From the human T2T-CHM13v2.0 reference genome, Homo sapiens, in assembly GCF_009914755.1 (NCBI RefSeq), contig NC_060930.1: a DNA stretch of 64,000 bases; one strand, 5' to 3'. Below the pieces are notes generated by a model. It was not told the DNA's origin, made no database searches, and saw only the letters and a program-made list of their open reading frames with translations. This document shows, one piece after another, positions 45,761 through 57,600 of the stretch; within the stretch, counting starts at the first letter, position 1, and each line of letters starts with the position of its first letter. The position numbers were made by a program, and so were the translations under genes.

Positions 45761-48700
45761 TTCACCCTGCATAGTTTGCATATCCTCCATACCTTATGAG
45801 CTGCAAAAAAGAGATTAAAAAAAGAGTAGGCTTATATTGTTTTCTTTATTCTAGCCATGACACATTAAAGATGAGTGCTCATGAGCAATGATATGCCAAG
45901 TTCTGCAGACAAATTAGCTCTGTTAGAAACTACATCTGATAAAGCTGTTATTTTCATCTCCTTCTCACCAGTTGAGAACCATAAATTCATTGTGTTACTT
46001 ACTTAGCTTCTATAATTTTAACTTGAGCAAAACATCAGCAAAATATCGCACTGTTAATAAAGCCAGCCATCACTGTCATAGGCTACTTTGTGCTTTTCAA
46101 AAGATGTTCACATGTATCATTTCACATGAATTTCTCAGTACCCTGTATGATAGATGTGCAACTTTTGAGAGAATAAGTGATTTGATCCCATTTAGTAGTA
46201 TTCCTGAGTTCTGATCATAGAAGTGTGAAATCTACTTCTTAATTTGCAAAGTGTTGGTAGAAAGTCAACAATTCTCACTAGAAACTACAGGAAACTAAGA
46301 CATTTCTGGGCAGTGTATATTAATTGGAAAGATAAAGATTGTTCCATTTTCTAGAAATAAATCCACTATTAAATCCACACTTACAAACATGGCTAAACTG
46401 ACCTGAAGTTATGAGGTCTCAAGGTCACTAGAAGTCTCAGAGCCAGCCTAGCTAGAGTCCGTGCTGTGTTGGAGAGGCTTGTCTGTTCCTCTTCTCCAGC
46501 TCTCATTTCTCTTCTGGGTCCCAGTCAGCCCCAGGGCCTCTGACTTGGCTGTAGCTGTGCCTGGTCGGGGCAGGCAGGCTGTGTTAGTTGTCTCCAAGGG
46601 CCGCTTCACCCTCTTCCCCCCAACTTAATCACCATCTCCTGCATCATATCATTTATACATGGATGACCCAACTGAAGTTTAGTCCTTGGTTCTTTAGTAC
46701 TTAGATTCTGAGACTCACCAGTGGCTTTTAAGTGCTTTAAAGTAACCATTCTTGATCTTTGACATGAATTATTGCACAAGTCATTCTTTTTAAATTGCAT
46801 AAGGAATGTACTTTCTGGGTTACAAGTTAATAAAAAGGAACTAATTTGATGACTTCACAAGGAACACATTTCCATTTTCCAGTTTGGCTAAATTTTAGTT
46901 AGGAACTAACTTGTCAGTAATTTGATTATGTTAATCAGGGTATGCATATAATCCAGGAGGTAGAATAAGAAATACTTTTGCTATAAATTTCAAACTACTC
47001 TATCTCCTTTTAATTACACATTATGCATAAGAAAAAAAATCGCCGAATTAGGATAATACATCTCAACTGTAAAGCAAATTAATTCAGCCGGATAGCTTTG
47101 TGAGAAAAAGAGAATGTTGGGGAGACTATTCAAAGTACAGGTAGAGAAACCTTCTGGGGTACTTGTTAGTCATAATTAGGCACACAGTAGAATTAGTCAG
47201 GATCCCAGCACAGGAAACATATAGCACACTCAAGTTGTGTAATTAAGGAAAGTAGTGAAGGACTATTTACAAAGTGTGGGCGAGGTTTTAAGGAAGCCAA
47301 GAAGGGCTAAAGAAAACCTTAGGCTTCAGGGTTCTTCATTCACATGGCCTCTTCCAAGGCCCTCTCCTTAAAATCTATAAGCCAGAATTTTGTGTTCTTT
47401 GTCTTAAAGAAAACTCTCAAAATAACATATGCCTCATGCCCCACAAAACTTCATTCTACCTCAAGCAATAGCTAATGAAGCCTTCCCATCTGGCACCTGG
47501 TGAGGTCCTTTCCCATCTTAGGCCTGAAGGAGCAAGAGGGGAAAGCGGCTCGGGAATATGGGGAGAGAGAACAGCGGCGGAGGTGGGCTGCCTGGCAGAA
47601 GCCCTGGTCACACCCAGCCACACCCAACCCAGAGCCCAACTAAGAGATGGAGAGATTAGGGGGGAAATCAGGGCCTCCCACTGGCTGAACCTAACCAAAT
47701 CCTAAGGACAAGAAAGTCAGTTTCTACCTTCCATCATAACTGGGAGCCTGGGGCGCAGACGAGGCTGAGGGAGGGTGAGCCTACGGAAAGATCCAGCACA
47801 CTCTATCTACAATTACCTGGATTCTAAAGACAGAGCTCCATCACAAGAGAGGGCTCATTGGCTGTTTATGCTATCACATCCATTGCTGTACTGCATGGCC
47901 TAGGAGAAAGCATGTAAGCCATGCCTTCATAAAAGTGACACATTAATCATTCTAGTAAAGTCTTATTTTTCTAATGATACATTATAATTTCTAACAAGAA
48001 AAAATACTGAGCTACCTTTTAGAAAGCCTGACTTATGTCTTAGAAAAAATAATTCGATTCTACAGGCCACAGGTTGCCTCTTTAAGGTGCGGAGAAAATT
48101 CTGGCACAACGTAGACACTCAATAATTATCAGTGGAATGAATGAGTAAATGATCCTACAATTCAGACATTCCATGATCTTATCTTTTATCTTCCTTTCTG
48201 ATTGATCATGTGTCGATGGCTTGAAACAATTAGGTTTCACTTTGTCTCTGTCAAAGTATAAATGACTTAAAGACAATACCAACCCGAAACTGGGAGTCTG
48301 CTTTTTAAAAGAAGCTTTTTGGGAGAATGAAATTATAATTATAAATTATAAATTAACTTTTATAATTGATGGCTTTTGTATTCAGTGACACCTCTTTTTC
48401 AGGACACAGGTTAATCTGGAAGTTAAAAAGTCTGTCACTATTCTTTCACCCAATAGTATACCTTTGATTGTACCCAACAGGATGATATTATTGTTTGGCC
48501 TGAAGTGACAGCATTAGAAAAAAAAAAAAAAAAAAACCACAACCATTGAGGTGTAAGTAGAGAGGTATGTGTTACATTATGTTGAAATGACAGAAAAAAG
48601 ATTTTTTTAAAAAAAGAAAAATAGCATCAGAGATGAGGTGGGCACTAGAAGTGGTGACAAATATTAGAAGCAGCATGGGGCAAGCAGACATTCCACCCCG

Positions 48701-49477
48701 GGAGACTGGGAGCAGTGACATCGGAGAAGAAGGTTCTGAAGCCCTAACCTCAAGGATTATTGGTTATATCATATGAAATTGGACTGTAGATCAAAAATGG
48801 CCAAATGTCACAGTTTCATATACCTTTTCATAAGAGATCTGCTTACTACCAGACAGTGTTACAGTCTGTGGGTCATTTAGTGTAAGCCGTAGTCTTCACT
48901 CCTTCTAACAGCCCTGGAAGAAATCACTATTGTAGCACAAATGTAGTAACAGAGGTTCATAGTTCTGTCTCCAGAATCATAAAGAAGTAGCTAAATTATA
49001 TCTAGTATACTCTTAGGTAACTGAATCATATATAATAGAAAATATTTTAAAAGTTAAAATGAAAAGCTTCTGTGCTTAATAGATCAGAGTTCATTTATGT
49101 GAACATTTCTTTATTCTTTTTGCTGTGCGTGTGTGTGTTTGTGTGTGTGTATATGTGTGTGTGTGTATAGAACAGGCCACATATATTATCCCAATCAATA
49201 TCAGAAAGGAAAACACAAACGGAAAGGTGGGGAGGATAGTTAATTTATTTTTAATGCCTATTCCAAATCAATGTCTGTGGTATCAGGGATCTGTATGTGG
49301 ATCCTCCCTTAAACTTAACTTCATCTGCCTGGTGTTTCTGATACTGAGATGATATTCTGCCATACACTTATCATGGGAAAATACAATTTTAACTTTAATT
49401 CTAAAAGTCTTCAGAATGAATATCCTGGAAGTTATTAAAAAAAAAAAAGAATCATGTCTCATAAAAGTCTTTCTTTA

Positions 49478-50015
<538 letters not shown>

Positions 50016-50935
50016 CTTGTTTTTCTGTGTGTGTTTCTCCTTTTTCTCCCCCTTCCCCATTCCCCATCTTCGTTCTTTAGTTAGCTGTCACGAGTCTAAA
50101 GTCTTTCTTGCTTCTATTGAACAGAATTTTCTAACCCCTATTTTAACTTTTAAAGTTGAAGTGTAAAGTAGCTCAAATTCCTATATTTTTAAGCCACACA
50201 ACTCATGCTATTTTTTTTTTTTTTACAAAAAAACTGCTCAGGAAAAAAAGTTGCTCACTAGCACAAACACACATATGCATATGTTGTGAACAAGTAACAT
50301 GGCCAATCCTATCATTTACAGTAATATCCAGTTGACTCATTCCCATGTGGCTGAATTGAAAAGCTAAGGTATCTTTCAGAAATCAACAAAGTGAGAGCTC
50401 TTAGGGAATCACACGTGTTTAAAAAAAAAAGTTACTTTTGTACATTGATGACCACATTTTAGAAGGATGCACAGGTGAGTACATGTAACAAGATTTTGTT
50501 CCACTTTCCTGAGTCAGATTTGGGCTGAGAGGCTGCAGTAAACCTGTGCACCGGTAGCTCCATCAACACGTGGAATCCTCACTCTGGCAGAATAAAGCTG
50601 CCAAGTCTTGACCACACTAAGTTTTAGGCAGATAAGATTTTCATTCTGATTTGTTTAGAACAATGTTTCTAGTTGTCTCCAAGAGCATTGACAACTCCTT
50701 TTTTGAAAGGCAGGAGGGATGTTACTAATTCTTTAGTAGCAGCAAATACTTTATGTCTACCTCTAGCTGTCAGTCCCCCATGCTAGCTGTTGGAAAGGCA
50801 ACAGAACATTTTTCCTGTTCTCAAGGAGCTTACATTCACTGGGGAATGAAAAGGTGGGAAACATAGGAAAACTTATTTATTTATTTTTTATAAGAAACAT
50901 CACTTTACTCAAAATGTTATTAGATTTCTTGTCAC

Positions 50936-51240
<305 letters not shown>

Positions 51241-51334
51241 AGATTTCTTAAAGATATAAACAGATTATAAACATAAAACAAATGTCAATGACCCATAATT
51301 GTATTAAAATTTAAAAACTTAGTTTTGTTCCCAT

Positions 51335-51450
51335 AGTTACTATAAAAAGGAAAAACCCTTAGATAGTCAAATTTAGCAGAATTTATTTAAGCAAGGAAAA
51401 AAAGAAAAATTCATGATTCGGCCAGCTTCAGAACCAGAACAGTTTCAAAA
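51335..51450. mobile_element. ERV1 (MER4-group-like) LTR fragment
   Basis: aaaaacccttagatagtcaaatttagcagaatttatttaagcaa resembles recalled MER4-group LTR ends. Confidence 0.4.
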
Positions 51451-52451
51451 AAACTCTACCATTTACATTATCTCCTTAACTAATGGGTAGCAAATGTTAC
51501 AAGGTAACATTTACTAAGTGGTAATAGTAGGAATATATAGTAGTATATATAGTAGGCGCTGCCACACCACGAAGGTTGAGAATCACCTAACAGCACTGCA
51601 GCTAGTGCTGCCTGGGCCTCTACACGCTGCTGGAATATGATCTCGTGGATGGTTACATGTGCCCCTAATGAGCCACATTTCATATTAGCCAACAAGAACA
51701 CTCTAAAGCAGGTCGTAGCACACAACCCATGTGCCACCTCTACAATAGTCCTGTTGTGGACTGCTCCGTCCCAGTTGGACATGGATGATGGAAGGGTGCC
51801 AAGTGCAGGTTCTGCACTGTAAGGTGTGCAGGCTGCCTTAAGTAAGGTGGGCAGAAAATACACAGTAAAAAGGTAAATACAAAGGAGGACCCAGGATTGC
51901 ATGTGCTCTGAGAACACCCAGCCTGGGAACCCTCAGGACCCTGCCCAGGCCTGTGGGAAAGTCAGGGGCAGAGGAATCTGAGGAAGCATGAAGAAACTTG
52001 ATGGTCACTCATGGCCTCTTTGCAAAACACTCCCCTTCCTAGCAAATTATCATCAAGCCTGGAAAGGTGGTGGGTCTGTGGCTTCCCATCCTAGGTTTAA
52101 GACCCCAGACCCAAAGGCTCAAACCTAAGAAGGTCCCTCTCTGACAACTCCCAGGCCAGCTAGTTTTTTGTCTCCATTTGCCTTAGTTTCCCCCTGAACA
52201 ATGGAAAGAAACAGTTCCTGGTTGAAAAGAAATACGTATCGCATTTAGGAAGGGGTGTTCCTCAAAGATGTGACTGAGGACTTTACTCAGGAGGTATGGG
52301 GCATTCTGAGCCCTGCTCAGATGATCCTGTTTGGAGATATGATCTTGGATATCCACAGGGACCTGGTCCCGTGGGAGAAGACTGCATTCCCCTGTCAACG
52401 AGTCTATCATTTGAAATGACACGAGATCCCTCATTAAGAACTGCATAACGT

Positions 52452-52727
52452 GGCTGGGTACGGTGGCTCACATCTATCATCCCAGCGCTTTGGAAGGCTG
52501 AGGCAGAAGGATCACTTAAGCCCAAGACTTTGATACCAGCCTGGGCAACATGGTGAAACTCTCTACAAAAAAGTTAAAAATTAGCTGGGCATGGTGGCAC
52601 ATGCCTATAGTCTCAGCTACTTGGGAAGCTGAGGTGGAAGGATCACTTGAGCCTAGGAGGTTGAGGCTGCAGTGAGCTGTGATCGTGCCACTGCACACCA
52701 GGCTGGTCAATACAGTGAGACCCTGTG
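52452..52727 (+). mobile_element. AluJ lacking tail
   Basis: Diverged Alu. Confidence 0.85.
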
Positions 52728-52799
52728 AAATGTGCACCCAAGACAGATGGATTGTGCCACACAGTGCATTTCTATTCTTTATTTCCCAGGGGGAAAAAC

Positions 52800-53290
52800 T
52801 CTGTTTTAAAGAGATTGTATCTTAACTTCATTTATATATACCCATCTTAAATGTACAGTTTGATGAGTTTTGAAAGATAAGTACTCATGTGTAACCATCA
52901 CCACAATCAAGATATAGAACTTTAACCCTCAACGTTCCTTTGTGCCTCTTCCCTGTTGCACCACCACCACTTACCACCCACTGACCCCACCCTCAGGCAA
53001 CCACCGACCTACTTTCTATCATTATAGATTAGATTTGCACTGTCTAGAATGTCATATAAATGTAACCATACAGTATGTAACATTTGGAGTCTGCAAAAGC
53101 ATTTAGCATCCATATCCTTACATGTTTCAGAAGTCTGTTCCTTTTTTATTGCTGAATAATACTCTGCTGTGTAGATGTACCACAATTTGTTTATCTGTTC
53201 ACAAGCCATGTCCGGTGACTTTGAGCTGTTTCCAGTTTTTAGCTATTATGAATGAATGAAGCCACTATGAACATTCATGTATTTTTAGGA
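52800..53290 (-). mobile_element. L1MB/ME 3' fragment
   Basis: gtaaccatcaccacaatcaagatatagaac; caggcaaccacc. Confidence 0.75.
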
Positions 53291-54689
53291 AATTCAGCAG
53301 TCTGGCTGGTGATAAACAGGCTGCCCCTCTGAGGGGAGGAGGAGTCAAGTAGTTGAGCCAAGTTGAAGAGCAAGCAACCAGTTTTGTAAAAAGCATCTAA
53401 TAGCCAAAAAAAAAAAAAAATTTGTTTTAATGCCTATACTAAGCATAGAGAGGACTGCTTGCTGATCAAGCGTCTTTGCTGCATGGGAAAAGCAGATTGC
53501 AACATCATTGGCAGGACAGAGTAATACATATACTTAGTTGGTTTATTTTGACAGGGAATGGAATTAAGCCAAGACTCAAACCTATTTTCCCTGGCTACTA
53601 CTTCAAGATACGTTTGAAGGCCTGTCCAGACAGCAGAGACACAGAGCTCTATGTCAGAGTCAGACTTTACCTGTGGTGGGACCTTGGACAAACGGGCACT
53701 AAAAAAAGACTACCTACCTAGCTGTTGGGAAGATAAAATGAAAGTGTGTGAATCACAAGGGCCTGACCCATAAGGATAGCTCAGTAAACATGTATTATGA
53801 TTTAAAAATCATGTCATACCTTTGACTTGTAAAATAATCCAAATGTTTCCTTAGGAAGTTACAATATTTTAATTTTTTCCCTTAAATCATACTTCGAATT
53901 CTTCCTGTATTATTTATATAACCATTGAAGAATCGGATTAATCAAAATCTGGTTAGATTTTAAAATCGTATGACGTCGGGTACAAGAGCTCCGAGCGGCT
54001 GCACCATTGGTTCATCGCAGCAGCAGCAGCTGTCTAGTCCCAAAGCGCCCACCAGGCGCTTCTAAGACCAGGAGAGTCTTAGAACATTGAGAGCAAATCT
54101 GATTCATGCGCACTTCCTCGGGAGCTGACTCTGGGGGGTGGGTGACCCGTAGTCTGTTCCTCTGGGCCGACTGTGGTTCTCGGGTGGCGGCAGAACCTCC
54201 GCGGCCTCTGAAAGGGGCCCCTGTGGCTGAATGGAAGGAGCATGGGGTGGGCAGGAGGCGACTTGGATTTGAATTCTGACTTTACTGCTCTGACCGCCTC
54301 TCCCCCCCACCCCAATTTTGTGTCTCTTTATAGGCTGGCTGAGCTTCCTTTCCTCATCTGTGTGGTAACAGCATGACCTTACTGGGCTGTAGCGGGGTGA
54401 CACTATGTTACAGTACCAGGACTGTCTCAACAAATGCTTGTTGACCTGTTAATTTCATGCGTTATCTTTCCTATTTCCCATCGCCAAAGTCCATTTGCTG
54501 CATGTAACTCAAACGCAATGGAGCTTCAAAGGGTGATTGGGGAACCTCCCCGTAGTCGGTACTGTCCTGAATGTTCCTTTTCCAGGAAAGGTGGGGCTCT
54601 TTCCTGCGTCGCCAGGACTCAAGCTAGCACCTAGGTTTTGAATGTTTAAAAGTTGATTCTTAAGAAATACAGTAGCCGCACGTTTGGCC

Positions 54690-55350
54690 TGGTTTCAGAG
54701 GAGTCCTTACGCAAATACACTTCCCTCTCCTAGGAGCCAGGCTGGGCTCGCCGCCCCTGCTCCCCCGCTTTCCCAGGCTCGCCTCCTCCTCTTCCTGCCC
54801 ACCTCTATGCCCCGCACCTACCCAGTCCCCACTCTGGCAAACCCCGGAGCGCCACCGCGCCCATTGGCGGGTTTGCTTTTATTGGTTTGTTCTGCGCTCC
54901 CTCCCGCCTTCTGGCGCGGGCACTGGATGCTAGCCGTTTTGCTCCAGGAGATATAAGAAGCCCAGGTTTTCCCCCTTCCTGGGAGCGCTGCGGATCATTC
55001 GCAGGCGGCCCGGCACCCTCGCATAGGTGGGCCGGCCCCTGGGGCTCCAGCCGTGCGACCCCGGAACCACACGTGTGGCGAGGAACGGGTCCCGGGGCGG
55101 AGTAGGCAGAGTCCCAAGCGCATCCTTCAACCACACCTCCTCGGCTCTAGGGGGCGGTGAGCAAAGGCGGTCACCCCTGCAACCTCGCCCGCTACCCCCA
55201 CGCACTCCTCCGTGTTCACATGGTAGGAACTCCCACAGGCAAAAGCCTTTCCGATGCGCTCTGCAGCCGCGGGATCACTCGGGTGTTTGAACGCTCGCGC
55301 GCTCCTCCCATTGGAGCTCCGGCTAAGGCGGGGCCCAGGTGCTTGCTTCC
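54690..55350. promoter_or_regulatory. CpG-island promoter-like region upstream of the large exon
   Basis: High CpG density. Inverted CCAAT boxes (ATTGG 54863, 54881), TATA-like TATAAG 54952, GC boxes GGGGCGG at 55094 and 55151, E-box CACGTG 55070. Confidence 0.75.
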
Positions 55351-55916
55351 TCCGAGCTTGCTTAAGGTTTTCATGTTGCAAGTACTAGATGTTGAACCCA
55401 GGTGGCTTCTTACTGTTCTGGAGGAGAAGGCTGCTAGGACTGGTTTTTTTTCTTCGTCCTCCTTCCCTCCTACAAAAAGAATGGGCGGTGTTTCGGGAAA
55501 AAGTCCGCCTTAGGATACTTTAGTGTGTTTACTGCTGCCCCATGGTCACATGCACGGCTGTTTATAAATTGCATCTTTATTGAGGAAGAAGGTAAAAAAC
55601 CTAGAGAGGGCAAGGAACTATTTATTTTGTATATGTGATTATTTGGACCGTTCAAATTTTCCTTTAAAAAACAAGAATTATAATTCAAAGAAAATGCTAT
55701 TCTGACTACTGCCAGAAACTTAAGGTGTTTAAGCAAAATTCAAAAGTAAAGCCAGAGTTTATTTTGTTGGAATGAATGTAACATAAACATAACTTTATCA
55801 TTTTCAATTAGAAACTCTGGTCTGTTATCATTTTGGCTGGTGGTTCTGTAATGTACGTCTAAGGGGAAAAACACCAGATTCTCATATGTTCCCTCCTCAT
55901 CCCTTTTATTTTTCAG

Positions 55917-57526
55917 TCCAGAGCACAACCTCCAGAAGACAACAGAAGGAAGCCAGTTTTGGGGAAACTTGGCACTCTATTCACTGCAGGAAGGAGAAGA
56001 AACAGTAGAAACGGGTTAGAGAGTCCCACCAGATCGAATGCCAAACCACTCTCTCCCAAAGATGTGGTAGCCTCTCCTAAGCTCCCAGAGAGAGAGAGTG
56101 AGAGGAGCAGATCTCAGAGCAGCCAACTGAAGCAAACGGACACAAGCGAGGAGGGCTCCCCGCGGGAGAATCCCCGAGAGGCAGAGGGCGAGCTCCCCGA
56201 GAGCGGTGGCCCCGCAGCCCCCCCTGACGCCGAGCTGTCACCTCGCTGGAGCAGCAGTGCAGCGGCTGTGGCTGTGCAGCAGTGCCATGAAAATGATTCA
56301 CCCCAATTAGAACCTCTGGAGGCAGAGGGAGAGCCTTTCCCAGATGCCACCACCACTGCCAAGCAGCTGCATTCCTCGCCGGGAAATTCCTCCAGGCAAG
56401 AGAACGCAGAGACGCCCGCCCGCAGTCCGGGGGAGGACGCTTCACCAGGTGCTGGCCACGAACAGGAGGCTTTCCTGGGTGTGAGGGGTGCGCCAGGGTC
56501 GCCCACCCAGGAGCGGCCCGCGGGAGGACTAGGCGAGGCCCCTAACGGAGCCCCCAGTGTGTGTGCCGAAGAGGGCTCCCTGGGGCCCCGCAACGCCCGC
56601 AGCCAGCCCCGCAAGGGCGCGTCTGATTTGCCAGGTGAGCCTCCGGCCGAAGGCGCAGCGCACACGGCCAGCTCCGCGCAGGCAGACTGCACAGCCCGCC
56701 CCAAGGGTCACGCCCACCCTGCTAAGGTGCTAACTTTGGACATCTACTTGAGTAAGACTGAGGGGGCACAAGTGGACGAGCCGGTCGTGATTACTCCCAG
56801 AGCGGAAGATTGCGGTGACTGGGACGACATGGAGAAGAGGTCCAGCGGCCGTAGGTCGGGGAGGCGGAGGGGGTCGCAGAAATCCACCGACTCCCCCGGC
56901 GCGGACGCCGAGCTCCCTGAGAGCGCTGCCAGGGACGACGCGGTGTTCGACGACGAGGTGGCGCCAAACGCGGCCAGCGATAACGCCTCGGCGGAAAAGA
57001 AAGTGAAATCTCCGCGGGCAGCCCTCGACGGGGGCGTTGCCTCCGCTGCGAGCCCAGAATCCAAGCCCAGCCCCGGTACCAAAGGGCAGCTCCGAGGGGA
57101 GTCGGACCGGAGCAAACAGCCACCCCCGGCTTCGTCCCCCACGAAGAGGAAGGGCAGGAGCCGTGCCCTCGAGGCCGTGCCCGCCCCGCCCGCCAGCGGC
57201 CCCCGGGCTCCCGCCAAGGAGTCCCCACCCAAGAGGGTGCCCGATCCCAGCCCAGTCACCAAGGGCACTGCGGCCGAGAGCGGGGAGGAGGCGGCGCGGG
57301 CCATCCCCCGCGAGCTCCCGGTCAAGAGCAGCTCGCTGCTGCCGGAGATCAAGCCCGAGCACAAGAGGGGCCCGCTCCCCAACCACTTCAACGGCCGGGC
57401 AGAGGGAGGTCGAAGCAGAGAGCTGGGCAGAGCGGCCGGAGCGCCTGGAGCTTCTGACGCCGACGGCTTGAAGCCCAGGAACCATTTCGGCGTGGGCAGG
57501 TCGACAGTGACCACTAAAGTGACCCT
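55917..57526 (+). CDS. CRYBG1: CRYBG1/AIM1 large internal coding exon (1610 nt; phase 0 start, phase 2 end), disordered Pro/Ala/Ser/Glu-rich N-terminal region
   Basis: Polypyrimidine tract and tttcag acceptor ending 55916. Open frame [22 protein letters not shown]...[10 protein letters not shown]. Donor CT|GTAAGT at 57527. The sequence [37 protein letters not shown] matches the AIM1 N-terminus as I recall it. Confidence 0.95.
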
Positions 57527-57600
57527 GTAAGTAGCCGCGCAAGTCCCGGCCGAGTTGCTGTCCGCACATGTGCTGGGGGTCCGCTCTGAGAGGCTCGGGG
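56140..57600. promoter_or_regulatory. CpG island overlapping the coding exon (probable internal promoter/5' region of the short isoform)
   Basis: Very GC- and CpG-rich stretch spanning the exon and its donor site. Confidence 0.75.
56829..57526 (+). CDS. CRYBG1: Start of the shorter classical AIM1 isoform (MEKRSSGRR...)
   Basis: First in-frame ATG of the exon, strong Kozak gacgacATGG, 304 open codons downstream of the acceptor. Confidence 0.85.

Noticed and set aside
55959-57530. 523-aa ORF as a stand-alone gene
   Set aside because: Starts at TTG and its stop lies within the GTAAGT donor; it is a spliced exon (55917-57526)
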